64,000 bases of DNA, taken from a candidate division WOR-3 bacterium. Its GTDB lineage: Bacteria > Hydrothermota > 32-111. Positions 1 to 9,969 of the stretch are shown piece after piece (the stretch's first letter is position 1; the number at the start of each line of letters is the position of its first letter). The stretch lies in contig JBDRZU010000001.1 of the NCBI GenBank assembly GCA_039804105.1, positions 1,024,001 through 1,088,000 on the forward strand. The letters run 5' to 3'. Under the pieces are notes generated by a model that saw only the letters and a program-made list of their open reading frames with translations, was not told the DNA's origin and did no database searches. The position numbers were made by a program, and so were the translations under genes.

Positions 1-700
1 GGTTATGTTTTGAATCTCTTTGAGGGTTATCTTCCTTATAAACTTTATAATTTTTTATTAAATTTTCTACAGTTTTCTCATCTATTTTTATAGGATCTTT
101 TCCATTGGGAACAAAAATTGATTCATATTTTTTGTTTATAAAACTTTCCCCATGATGAAAATAACCAATACCTTGGCCAAGATTCAAACTATTTAAAGAT
201 ATCCGTTCTCCTTCTTTAAAATTTTGAATATTTACATTATTTTTTTTAATTTTTTTTCTATCACATGGTTTTATAATCCATTGATTTTGCTCAAAAGAAA
301 CTATTCCAGGCATTGCTGGTTTTGGTGTCCTTTTATAAAGTATTTTTTCTTCATCTATACTTGAAAGACATGAATTCGTTATTGTTTCATAAATATTTCT
401 TATTACTCCTCTTATTTCACTTCCTGGAATAACCGGTTTAGGCGGTTTAGGATCTTTTTGGTTTTTCAAATTATTATATGAATAAAAATCATAACTTTTA
501 ATTTCATCATCTACTGTACTAAATGTTTTATCATTACTTGTATTAGGTATAAAAATAGGTGTTAAAGGTTTAAGTTCACATTCAATGAATCCAGTAAATT
601 TGCCTTTTACTCTTTTTCCCCTTTTTGGTGGATTACTCTCAATAGATACAAAATTATATGGATTTACAAAAGTTTGATTACTCTCTAGATATTTCCCCAT
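1..700 (-). CDS. cas7: Type III-D Cas7 with insertion (TIGR03986-like RAMP), 3' end runs off the window
   Basis: Manual translation from ATG at 700 (GGAGG RBS): MGKYLESNQTFVNPYNFV...FTGFIECELKPLTPIFIP...PVIPGSEIRGVIRNIYETITNSC. NPYNFV and IPGSxxRG motifs are typical; follows csx19. Not in the ORF track because it is truncated. Confidence 0.85.
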   Translation of the reverse strand, partial: MGKYLESNQTFVNPYNFVSIESNPPKRGKRVKGKFTGFIECELKPLTPIFIPNTSNDKTFSTVDDEIKSYDFYSYNNLKNQKDPKPPKPVIPGSEIRGVIRNIYETITNSCLSSIDEEKILYKRTPKPAMPGIVSFEQNQWIIKPCDRKKIKKNNVNIQNFKEGERISLNSLNLGQGIGYFHHGESFINKKYESIFVPNGKDPIKIDEKTVENLIKNYKVYKEDNPQRDSKHN

Positions 701-708
701 TTTTCCTC

Positions 709-1143
709 CTATTTAAATTTTAATATTCGTGCATCAAAAAACTCTATTAAACCATCTTCGGTATATTTATAATAATTTCTAATTTTGTATTTTTCCTTTT
801 TTTCTAAATTGTAATAATTTAAAGAAATGCCTCTTTCTTTTTCTTCATTCCAGAGGTAATATTCTTCATCAATAAAACCATCAAAACTAAAATTTTCAGG
901 AAAGGTTATTTTATCGATCTCAATTATTCTATAATTTATAAGGTCATTGGAAGTCCATAAATATATTTCTCTATCAGTGTTGAAAAATCTTGCCTCAATC
1001 AAATTATTATCATCGATTTTTAAATCATTAAATAAATTTTGATCGCTTAATCCTAAAACAACCTTTTCATATGAATATAAAATAAAAAACATTTCTTTTA
1101 AATTCAATTCTTTAAAAATTTCGTTTAATTTTTTATTTTCCAT
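709..1143 (-). CDS. csx19: Csx19 (type III-D small subunit, TIGR03984-like)
   Basis: 144 aa with LIEARFFNTDREI, EEYYLW and IRNYY..FFDARI motifs; lies between two RAMP genes. Confidence 0.8.
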   Translation of the reverse strand: MENKKLNEIFKELNLKEMFFILYSYEKVVLGLSDQNLFNDLKIDDNNLIEARFFNTDREIYLWTSNDLINYRIIEIDKITFPENFSFDGFIDEEYYLWNEEKERGISLNYYNLEKKEKYKIRNYYKYTEDGLIEFFDARILKFK

Positions 1144-1155
1144 AAAAAACTCCTT

Positions 1156-2451
1156 TTATCTAATTTTCATTAAATTTTCATAACCATTTTTTTCAAAATC
1201 TTTTATATATTTTTCTTTATCATTAACTAAAACTTTCGAAATTTTAAGTAAACCTCTACCCACATTAGTTTCACCACCTATTGCATAGATTCCATTATCT
1301 ATTTCTCTCAAAACTAACATCAGAAGTTCAATATATGAATTCATTAAAGATTCATCTTTTTCTTTTAAAAAAATTTTCAACTTTGTTTTACCATTAAAAC
1401 ATGGTTCATTACAAAACAAAGCACTTTCAATATTTCCTCCTGTAAATCTATCAATCCTGATCCTTGTGTTTGGGATCAATTTGCCGTTTTCTATAACACT
1501 TTCTTCGAAAACAATTTTTGATGGTTTGCTTGTTTTATCGCTTTCTTTAACATAGCCAAATAAATCGTTAATAACTTTTTCAGCATCTTTATTTAGTTCT
1601 TTCAAAACCTGATAACATGAACTTCTAAAAAAACCAGCCCAACTTGTTCCTGGGATAATTGGCCTTCCGTTACTTTGGATTTGTGTTGCATCAACATCTT
1701 CTTCAATTTTATACTCTCTGATCAAAATAGAGTAAGGAATATCAAAAAAAACTTCGATTTTACAAATGTCGCTTTTATCAAGATTAAAAATTTTATGATT
1801 CAAATCTTCGTATCGGATATTTTCCTTTATAGAATTCCATTGAAAATTAATCCACTCTTTGATATTTTTAGAAACATCAACCTTTTGAATTTTTTCATCT
1901 TGTAAAATTACTTTTCCTAATCCTCTATTTGTTTTCGCGCCAAAAGAAATTTCACCATTTTTTAAAGAAGAAATGATTATATAAATAATTTCTTCTATTT
2001 CTTTTTCCTTATATAAAATGTTTTCTCTTAGAACAACTTCTAACCTTAATAAAAATTTATTTGAAACATCAACAATTTCATAATCAAATTTACTTTTATC
2101 AATAGATGTTTTTGTTTCGTAATCAATTGATACTCCTTCCCTAACTTTATTTTTTTCTTTCTCACAGACATTTCCATCATAAAACTTGAAAATACTTTGA
2201 TTACCAACATCACCATTTTCATCGATTAAATTTCCAAAACAATAATCGATTAAATCATCTTTAATACAATTTTTCAAGAAAGATCTTATTTTGCCTGCAA
2301 TGGTTGTTGCTGGTACAAATATTTTGCCTTCTCCATCTCTAACAAAGTCAATATCAGTTAATTCGTCTTCCCCATTTCCAATTAATATAGGAGAAATTGC
2401 TTCCAAAATTCCCTTAATATAATAAATTTTACATATTTTGTTTTCTTTCAT
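1156..2451 (-). CDS. cas7: Cas7-Cas7 double RAMP (Csm3-like) of type III-D
   Basis: Two RAMP units: SPILIG...VPATTIAG...FGAKTNRGLG and IPGTSWAG...RIDRFTGG...IGGETNVGRG. Confidence 0.88.
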   Translation of the reverse strand: MKENKICKIYYIKGILEAISPILIGNGEDELTDIDFVRDGEGKIFVPATTIAGKIRSFLKNCIKDDLIDYCFGNLIDENGDVGNQSIFKFYDGNVCEKEKNKVREGVSIDYETKTSIDKSKFDYEIVDVSNKFLLRLEVVLRENILYKEKEIEEIIYIIISSLKNGEISFGAKTNRGLGKVILQDEKIQKVDVSKNIKEWINFQWNSIKENIRYEDLNHKIFNLDKSDICKIEVFFDIPYSILIREYKIEEDVDATQIQSNGRPIIPGTSWAGFFRSSCYQVLKELNKDAEKVINDLFGYVKESDKTSKPSKIVFEESVIENGKLIPNTRIRIDRFTGGNIESALFCNEPCFNGKTKLKIFLKEKDESLMNSYIELLMLVLREIDNGIYAIGGETNVGRGLLKISKVLVNDKEKYIKDFEKNGYENLMKIR

Positions 2452-2460
2452 TTTTGCTCC

Positions 2461-4560
2461 TTATTTTTTACTTTTGTAAATTAAAAGAGTAAACAAATTA
2501 CTAACATAAAATTTATAAAATTCTAACTTTTTCTCTTCAGTTAATTCACCCAATTCTTTAATTAAATTTTGAAATTCTTTGTTTTCAATAAAATTATTAA
2601 TATCTATTGTTATATTAGAACCTTGATTACTCATCCATAAATACGCTTTTAACTTTTCCAATTCTTTTACTCTACTTTTCCCCATTTTTTCCAACTTTGA
2701 TTTTAATTCAGATAAACTTTCCGATGTTTGGAAAATATTGTTTAATCTATATAAAAAACTTTTATTTATCTTAATTGGAGCATTATTTATTTTTTTCATA
2801 GCAGTTGAAATCAATATTTCTTTTAATTTTTCTTCAAATAAATATTTTTTTATTGCTTTAAATTCTGGGCATTCAACAGAAAATTCAGTATTGATATTTT
2901 TTTCAATATATTGTTTGTTTAACTTTTTATTTCCATGATAGTTTAAAATTATTTGTCCAAAACCTTCATTTGTCCTTTCTCCAAAACCTTTTAGTATATC
3001 TAATTTATTAATTTGAAAAGTTTTATTGTTTTTAATAATTATTTCACTACCTGCAGATATACATTCAATTTGTTGTTTCGGTAAACCCCACACACTTAAA
3101 AATCCTCCAACAAATTTTGTTTTAATAAAAGATTTTACAATAACTAAATCATTAAAATCAACTTTAAATCTTTCACTTAATTCTTTTTTTAAAATGTTTA
3201 AATCATTTGTAATATACCCAGTAGTAGGGTTTCTTAAAATTATATCACTTTTAAAAGTGAGCACTAAATTTGAATTTTTTTCTATTTGCTTAAGATTTTC
3301 AATTAGTTTGTTAAGTTTTATTTCTAAAATGTTTAAACTTCCATATTGAGAATTTTTGGACCTTCCTAAGTAAATAACTCCATTTTCATTAAGCAAATCA
3401 AGTAAAATTTTTAAATATTTATATTTACCAATTATTGTTCCAACAAACTCATTATCTTCTTTTAAACATTCATATTGAAAAAACTCTCCTTCTTCTTTTG
3501 ATGATTTTCCTAAAGATCTATCAACTGGTCTTTTGTGATGATAATTTATTTCTTTTTCTAAATTTTTTATATATAAATTTTCATTTTCAATAGATACCAA
3601 ATCTGAAACAGTTCCTTTCAAAATTTTATTATCATTCTCATTAAAGGTTAAATCAACAATATCATCAGAATCTTTTATCTTTTGTATCGATAATGGACAA
3701 GGGATGTATTCTCTATTATTTTCCTGAATGTAAAAGTTATTAAAAATAACTTCTTTTTTTAAAAATAGATTCGTAAAAAAATTGTCTTTTCCTTTTTTCT
3801 GTAAATATTTATTAGCCAAAAATCCTAAAATAAAACTACCTGGAATAAAATTTTCACTTTTTTCTTTTTTAATGAAGTTTGTATTGACTATTAAACCCTC
3901 TTTTGCTATCCCTCTTATACTAATCTCATAAAGATCTTCATCATTATATTTTGGATAATTTATTTGTAATTTAACTTCATTTTTAGATTCAATTTCTTTT
4001 ATCTCTTCAAGAAAAATTTCTCCAAAACCTCTATTTCTTTTAAGTCCCATAGATCTTGTAATTTTTAATAAATCATTTATAAAACTTTTATATTTCTCAT
4101 CAAAATCAATTTTAAAAACAAATTCTAAATTTTTCTTCAAAACTCTTGATGTTCTCAAAGAATTTTTTAAAGCTACTCCATTTTCATCTATTGAAGTTTG
4201 ATTTCTTAAATAAGTATAGTAAGAGATTATTCTTTCTTTATTAAAAAGAGTTTTATCTTTTTGACTTTTTATATTGTTTTTAATATTTTCATAGTTATTT
4301 ATATAAGCGTTTGATATTCTTAGATTACCAAAAACCTTATCACCACTTTTGCCAAACAAATAATCTATATCTTTTTTTTCAATTTTATAACCATTATCCA
4401 AAAGTTCCATAGCATTTTCTTTTAATAAACCTTTTATTCTCTTCGCTGGGATATAAGGAATTCCAAATTCATCATAAAAAACATCTGTATCTATTATTCC
4501 TGAAAGTCCTTGACCTGAATAAGGTATCGTATCTGATAATAATTTAATTTTTATAAACAT
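2461..4560 (-). CDS. csx10: Csx10-like RAMP fusion (Cas7-Cas5, with a probable helical Cas11-like C-terminus)
   Basis: GIPYIPAKRIKG...MGLKRNRGFG, IPGSFILG...LGRSKNSQYG, AGS...GFGERTNEGFG, then a helical tail; directly after cas10. Confidence 0.85.
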   Translation of the reverse strand: MFIKIKLLSDTIPYSGQGLSGIIDTDVFYDEFGIPYIPAKRIKGLLKENAMELLDNGYKIEKKDIDYLFGKSGDKVFGNLRISNAYINNYENIKNNIKSQKDKTLFNKERIISYYTYLRNQTSIDENGVALKNSLRTSRVLKKNLEFVFKIDFDEKYKSFINDLLKITRSMGLKRNRGFGEIFLEEIKEIESKNEVKLQINYPKYNDEDLYEISIRGIAKEGLIVNTNFIKKEKSENFIPGSFILGFLANKYLQKKGKDNFFTNLFLKKEVIFNNFYIQENNREYIPCPLSIQKIKDSDDIVDLTFNENDNKILKGTVSDLVSIENENLYIKNLEKEINYHHKRPVDRSLGKSSKEEGEFFQYECLKEDNEFVGTIIGKYKYLKILLDLLNENGVIYLGRSKNSQYGSLNILEIKLNKLIENLKQIEKNSNLVLTFKSDIILRNPTTGYITNDLNILKKELSERFKVDFNDLVIVKSFIKTKFVGGFLSVWGLPKQQIECISAGSEIIIKNNKTFQINKLDILKGFGERTNEGFGQIILNYHGNKKLNKQYIEKNINTEFSVECPEFKAIKKYLFEEKLKEILISTAMKKINNAPIKINKSFLYRLNNIFQTSESLSELKSKLEKMGKSRVKELEKLKAYLWMSNQGSNITIDINNFIENKEFQNLIKELGELTEEKKLEFYKFYVSNLFTLLIYKSKK

Positions 4561-4575
4561 AATTTATCTCCTTAT

Positions 4576-6087
4576 TTAAATATTTTCCAAAAATTCCATA
4601 ATTTCGATTGCATCATAGTATGGCGTTATTTTTTCTTCAGTAAAAATTTTATTTGAATTATCATAAGTTGGTAAACAAAAATTTCTACTATTTAAAAAGT
4701 TTATGTAAAATTCAACATCTTCTTTTGATTTTATAAGATAGGAACGCAACTTTTTTATTTTATTTTTTGGTTTATTATTAAAATCGTTAACTAATTTTTT
4801 TAAATTATTAAAATTAAATTTTTCCAATATTTTTTCACCACCTATATAATATGGCCTCCAAAGCAAATTATACGAATCATAGCCTTCTTTAGGTTCTGGT
4901 TTTTGCATATTTGGAACAGAATAAATTTTATTTCTTAATGTTTTAAGATCCGTTGTTATTCCTGAAAAAACAATATGAAAATCTATCCAACTACCTATAT
5001 AATTTAATTTATAATAACTTGAAATTCTTTTTCCTTTTTCCTTTGCACTTTTACATAATTCTTCTGCCAATTCATATCCTCTATAAAATGGAAAATGGGC
5101 TTTTACCAAAGCAACACCAGCAGATGCGGTTAAAGTTAATTCTTTACCATCAATTTTTATCCTTTCTTGTTCAATATTTTTAAGAATATCTTCCGCAATA
5201 CTTAAGCCATATTTACCTTCACAAATTAGGGTAATATCATCCCCTCCAAAAATTATAGGTCTAATTTTTATTTTATTATTGGCTATAAAATGCTTTTTAT
5301 TTTTCATTTTTTTTAAAGTTTCTGAAAACGCTTTTTCATAAATTTTATTTATATCAAATGATATTTTTTTAATTAATCGAATAGAATCTTTAAAATCTTT
5401 TGAATTTTGTAATATTCCTTTAATAAAATTACCCATACTATTTCCATCAATATGAATATAGGCAAGGTGTCCATCTTCTTTACCTCTGAATTTTTCTATA
5501 TTTTTTTCAAAAGTCAAACCATCAAGAACTTCTTTAAATTTTTCTTCAAAAATATTAATTTCTTCTTCTCTCCTCATTAAATATGCTGGTTTTGAAATAT
5601 AACCATCTTCATCTTTATAATAAGCGGGTAGATTATCCAAAAAACTTTCTCTCGTTATTGATATTCCAAGAAGTGATGTCTTTTTAGGTAACTTATTTTT
5701 TCTTATATTCGCTTGTTTTATTAACTCATCAAAATCTTTTTGATAATCCTGTAAATTAGTTTCTTTATATGAAACTGCGAAAGAAACAAGACCATAAGTA
5801 TAATCATAAAAATTTTTAGACAGTTTTTTAGTAAAATTTATTGCGCTTTCCTTATCATTGAACATTAAAAGTAAATTTCCTCCTCCAGAAAATATTATTT
5901 TGCCTTCTTTTGAATCTGATTCAAATCCTTTGTCAAGATCAATTTCTGTCACCCCCAGACTTTTTAAATTTTCATTAGAAAATAATTTTGAAACGATGGA
6001 AGATGCTCCAATATTTTCACGCATTTTTTTTGAAAGAAAAATAAAATTCTGAATCCCTGTCATATCATAATAGGCCAATGTCTTCAT
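4576..6087 (-). CDS. cas10: Cas10 (Palm cyclase intact, no N-terminal HD nuclease domain)
   Basis: DMTGIQNFIF, FSGGGN (palm1), HIDGNSMG and IFGGDDIT (palm2), ASAGVA, PFYRGYELAEELC. Only 503 aa, starting directly at palm1. Confidence 0.93.
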   Translation of the reverse strand: MKTLAYYDMTGIQNFIFLSKKMRENIGASSIVSKLFSNENLKSLGVTEIDLDKGFESDSKEGKIIFSGGGNLLLMFNDKESAINFTKKLSKNFYDYTYGLVSFAVSYKETNLQDYQKDFDELIKQANIRKNKLPKKTSLLGISITRESFLDNLPAYYKDEDGYISKPAYLMRREEEINIFEEKFKEVLDGLTFEKNIEKFRGKEDGHLAYIHIDGNSMGNFIKGILQNSKDFKDSIRLIKKISFDINKIYEKAFSETLKKMKNKKHFIANNKIKIRPIIFGGDDITLICEGKYGLSIAEDILKNIEQERIKIDGKELTLTASAGVALVKAHFPFYRGYELAEELCKSAKEKGKRISSYYKLNYIGSWIDFHIVFSGITTDLKTLRNKIYSVPNMQKPEPKEGYDSYNLLWRPYYIGGEKILEKFNFNNLKKLVNDFNNKPKNKIKKLRSYLIKSKEDVEFYINFLNSRNFCLPTYDNSNKIFTEEKITPYYDAIEIMEFLENI

Positions 6088-6096
6088 CTCTCCTCC

Positions 6097-8472
6097 TTAT
6101 TCATAAATCTTTTTTCCAATCAATTCTATTAACAGATCATTCATTCCTGTTTTAGTATATATATTCAATCTCTGTTTACCACTTTTGGTGACTATCCAGT
6201 AAGAAACACCCTTTTCACCTATCATCTTTTCAAATTCAAGATGGTTTTCATCAACTTTACATTTTCTCATCTCATCGAGGATAAATTCCGTAATCAGGTT
6301 TCTTCCAATTCTGTATATTCTTTTAATAATTTCTCTGATATCTTTATCTGTTATATCATTGATTCCACTGAAACCATCGCCCCATAAAGTTGAATGGCTT
6401 TTTTTCTCTCCAATTCTTATCGGAACTTCTTCCTGATCAATTATATAACTCTTATAATAATCAAAAATCATCTTACCAACAGGAGAATCTGTAAAACTTT
6501 TTATGTTTTTATCGTTGTTAAGTAATATTCTAAAATTTTGTGGCAAATTATTTTTAAATAAATTTTTTGCTCTTTCATAGTCAGTTTCATTTTTTATTTC
6601 CTGTATCAATTCATAATACTTCTCATAAAGTTTGAAATCAAACTCAATTGGAATTTCGGGAAGTTTTACAATAGAATTAAAATCCTCAAAAACATAGTAA
6701 ACTGGAACCTTGTATAGTACTGCAAGTATTGTTGCATAAGCGATCTCTGCTTTGAATCCACCGGTTGCAAGTATTTCAATGTTTCTTCCAGTATTATCGA
6801 TTATGTTCGTAACTTTTTTGATAAAATTTATCAGCCCTCTTGTTTCAAATTCATTTGCATCATATTTTAATCCCTCAATTTTTACCCTTTCAACATTTGC
6901 TTTATATTTTTCAAGAATATACTTTTCAAGTAATTTACACGACTTCTCTCCCTCTTCAGTATCACTTTCTATTAAGTAAAACCAGGAGTTTTTATTTACT
7001 TCTTTTTTTAACTTATGGATTGTATTTGTTTCTGCTGAGACCTTTTCTGGAGGATTTGAAAGCATAAAATCCAAAATATGTTCGAAAGTTTCCTCTTTAC
7101 CAGGACACATCTTTCTAAAATTTCCAAACACCGCAGTTCCAACTGTTACAATATAACTTTTCATATCTTTTCTCCTTAAAAGTTTTCCTTTTTTAAAAAT
7201 CAGTTCTTTCCCATTCTCCCCAATTATCGTTCTAACTTCCTTTTTCAATTTTTGTTTCACATTTTTAATCGCATCCAAATCTCCATGAACAAGCAAAACA
7301 TTTTTCGGAGTAGTTCTGTTGACATAAGATATTATACCTTTCAAACTTGAATGGAGTGACAAAGGAAAGTGTTCAACATTGACTTTTTTCACATACTCCT
7401 TCTCATCTATATATATAACTCCATTTTTTTCAGTTTTTAAAAGTTCATATCCTAAAGTTCCTTTTGCAAGATAACCTGTGAAAAGAACAGAGGATGTCTC
7501 ATCCTCAATAAGATGTTTTAAAATTTGATATGAAGGAGTATGAGGATTCAGCATTCCACTTGAAGCAATTATTATCGATTTTCGAGGTATAGAATCAATT
7601 TTTTCAATATATTTAGATTTTAACGATTTAGAATGACATTCTCTATAAATCGGGGTTATTTTATTTGCCATTCCAACCGTATATATCTTTTTAGTTAACA
7701 ATTCTTTACTTCTTCTTTCAAAAAGAAATAGTATTTCCTGTGTTTTTCCAAGTGCAAAAGCAGGTATCAAAACAATTCCGTTTTTTTCTAATGTTTTATT
7801 TATCGATTCTATAAATCTACTTTCATATTTTTCTCTCATCTTTTCTTCATATTCTGAGTTTCCATTTGTTGTTTCTGTTATCATAATATCAACATTTTTT
7901 TTATAATAGTTTAATTTTCCTGTCATAATATTGTTCGAAACAGAAAAATCACCTGTATAAATCAAAGAGTTCCCTTTGTTATCAAAAATATGTATTCCAC
8001 AACTCCCAATAACATGTCCTGATTTAAAAAGTTTAAAATTTATATTAGAATTCAATTGATTAACCTTGTTCAGTTCAATACATTCTATCTTTCTGTCAAG
8101 TTCAAAAAGATTTAATTTATTAAAATAAATTTCATAGAACCTTTTATTATAGTCATTCATCATTAAAACCTTTGCACTATCAAGAAGCATGATTTTATAG
8201 ATTTCTTTCGAATTCTGACTCATCACAATTCTTTTCACATCAAAAATTTTTTCTATAACAGGCAATGAACCAAGATGATCAAGATGGGGATGAGATACAA
8301 ATAAGAGATCAATTTTTTCATCTTCAATTTTATGAAGTAAAGGTAATTTGTTATATCCAGATTTATTTGGATCCATACCACAATCAAGCATAATTTTTAT
8401 TCCTTCCCAATCAACATAATAAGAGTTTGCCCCAATCTCCTGTGCCCCGCCAAGCGGCATAATTTTTATCAA
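6097..8472 (-). CDS. MBL/beta-CASP nuclease fused to an APE2256/Crn1-like CARF domain, wHTH-like segment and an unassigned C-terminal domain
   Basis: LGGAQEIGAN, LDCG, SHPHLDHLG (HxHxDH), GHVIG, YTGD, ETT, SLHSS, LVHGD. From about aa 437: IVTVGTAV, SAETNTI, SDTEEG, ATGGFKAE, YYVFE, typical of APE2256/SSO1393 CARF. Confidence 0.85.
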   Translation of the reverse strand: MIKIMPLGGAQEIGANSYYVDWEGIKIMLDCGMDPNKSGYNKLPLLHKIEDEKIDLLFVSHPHLDHLGSLPVIEKIFDVKRIVMSQNSKEIYKIMLLDSAKVLMMNDYNKRFYEIYFNKLNLFELDRKIECIELNKVNQLNSNINFKLFKSGHVIGSCGIHIFDNKGNSLIYTGDFSVSNNIMTGKLNYYKKNVDIMITETTNGNSEYEEKMREKYESRFIESINKTLEKNGIVLIPAFALGKTQEILFLFERRSKELLTKKIYTVGMANKITPIYRECHSKSLKSKYIEKIDSIPRKSIIIASSGMLNPHTPSYQILKHLIEDETSSVLFTGYLAKGTLGYELLKTEKNGVIYIDEKEYVKKVNVEHFPLSLHSSLKGIISYVNRTTPKNVLLVHGDLDAIKNVKQKLKKEVRTIIGENGKELIFKKGKLLRRKDMKSYIVTVGTAVFGNFRKMCPGKEETFEHILDFMLSNPPEKVSAETNTIHKLKKEVNKNSWFYLIESDTEEGEKSCKLLEKYILEKYKANVERVKIEGLKYDANEFETRGLINFIKKVTNIIDNTGRNIEILATGGFKAEIAYATILAVLYKVPVYYVFEDFNSIVKLPEIPIEFDFKLYEKYYELIQEIKNETDYERAKNLFKNNLPQNFRILLNNDKNIKSFTDSPVGKMIFDYYKSYIIDQEEVPIRIGEKKSHSTLWGDGFSGINDITDKDIREIIKRIYRIGRNLITEFILDEMRKCKVDENHLEFEKMIGEKGVSYWIVTKSGKQRLNIYTKTGMNDLLIELIGKKIYE

Positions 8473-9875
8473 CGTAACCCCTCTATTGTTATTTTTAATA
8501 ATTCAAAAGATTTTTCTAATTCTTCAAAAGACATGTTTAGGTTATATTTTTTTAAGTAATTGAGTATCAAAAATTTTGCTAATTTTTTTATATCTTCTTG
8601 CTCTTCTTTATTAATAATTTTATCTCCATGAGCCATATTTGAACAGTTTCGTATCTTTGAACAATTAAAAATCCATTTAACATCTATATTTCTTTCTTTA
8701 CTCAAAATATCGTTATTCAAAAGTTTTAATATAAAAACATCATCCATTAGTGCTGTTTTAGGTGGTAAACCAGTTCCTTTATATTCTTCACCAAAAACTT
8801 TTCCAGCAATTTCTTTAAACTTTCCAAAATCTATTTTTATCTTTGAATAATCAGGCTTAGAAGTATCAAATTCATAATCTTTTTTTAAAACTGATTGAAA
8901 AATCATTTCTACTGTTCGATATAACAAAAATGATGAAATTTCATACCGTTCTTTTTTTTCATAAAAAATTCCTAAAAAATAATGATTGAAAATTTTATAT
9001 TCCTCAGTTTCTTTAATGTTTTCCAGTAAATTTACATTAATTTCTAATTTACTTCTTAGATTATTATCTAATTCTTGAAATTTGTTTAATATTTGTTCAT
9101 ATAATTTTTTTGATTCTTCAAAATTAAAATCAATCCAGTTTTTTTGTGCTTGAGATAATAATTTTATTAATTCAATATTATATTGTTTTCTAAAAGTAGT
9201 CTTTTCTTCATATTCTTTTATCAATTTACATGCTTCATTGTAATTGCCTGAATTAAAATAATTTAAAACATCCAACAAAACCTTATCCCCTGAGAGATAA
9301 AAAGGATTATAAATAATTTTTAAAAATTCTGAAGAAAAAAAAGGTTTATTACTTTCTCTTACATATCTTCTATAATCTATATAACATGCGTCTATATTAA
9401 AAATAGCACTGATCATTCCAGATATAGCGCTCATTGTTTTTTTCCCACCTGTTAAATCAATTAAAATTATTTTTTCTTTATTTGAAAGGTATATGTCTAC
9501 AATTTTGTTATAAAAATTAGTTATATCTCTTTCATCTACTTCATGAAATGATATTTTTTCCTTTTCATATTCAATTTTTTCAAGAATAATATCTCTATAT
9601 TTTGAACTTTCCTTAGTAACAATTAAATAAATTGCTTCCTTCGGTTTTACTAATGAACCAGAAAGAATTGAAGTTGCAGGAGAAAGTCCAACTAAAGAAA
9701 TCAAAATATCATATTCTTTTTTTACCTCTTTTTTATTTTCGTCAATAAATTTTTTTAGATATAAAGGTAAAAACTCATTAAAATAAAATCTATCTTTTTC
9801 TTTAAAATCTTTTATTTCATTATATTTTTTGTTCATTTCGTCCATTAATTTTTCAAAATTTTTATCCACCTTCAC
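8469..9875 (-). CDS. CARF-HEPN ancillary ribonuclease (Csm6/Csx1-like, TIGR02710-like)
   Basis: SLVGLSP and IDLTGGKKTMSA CARF motifs; C-terminal RNCSNMAHG HEPN-type motif. The original start is probably GTG at 9875; an in-frame alternative start at 9944 arises from a 69-bp duplication/insertion. Confidence 0.85.
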   Translation of the reverse strand: MKVDKNFEKLMDEMNKKYNEIKDFKEKDRFYFNEFLPLYLKKFIDENKKEVKKEYDILISLVGLSPATSILSGSLVKPKEAIYLIVTKESSKYRDIILEKIEYEKEKISFHEVDERDITNFYNKIVDIYLSNKEKIILIDLTGGKKTMSAISGMISAIFNIDACYIDYRRYVRESNKPFFSSEFLKIIYNPFYLSGDKVLLDVLNYFNSGNYNEACKLIKEYEEKTTFRKQYNIELIKLLSQAQKNWIDFNFEESKKLYEQILNKFQELDNNLRSKLEINVNLLENIKETEEYKIFNHYFLGIFYEKKERYEISSFLLYRTVEMIFQSVLKKDYEFDTSKPDYSKIKIDFGKFKEIAGKVFGEEYKGTGLPPKTALMDDVFILKLLNNDILSKERNIDVKWIFNCSKIRNCSNMAHGDKIINKEEQEDIKKLAKFLILNYLKKYNLNMSFEELEKSFELLKITIEGLR

Positions 9876-9969
9876 TCCTTTTTTTCTATCATACCAAAAC
9901 GTAAGCAAGCGCGTAATAAGCGATTTCCCAATCAACACCTTCACTCCTTTTTTTCTATCATACCAAAAC
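9867..9969. repeat. 34-bp perfect direct repeat flanking a 35-bp unique insert
   Basis: CACCTTCACTCCTTTTTTTCTATCATACCAAAAC at 9867-9900 and 9936-9969; insert at 9901-9935. Confidence 0.95.

Noticed and set aside
6097..8472. Calling the locus type VII because of the beta-CASP gene
   Set aside because: A GGDD Cas10, Csx10, Csx19 and multiple Cas7 genes define type III-D; the beta-CASP here is fused to CARF.
9867..9969. Annotating the duplication as a bona fide second CRISPR array
   Set aside because: Only two units, made of cas6 coding/RBS sequence, with no leader; kept as a finding instead.
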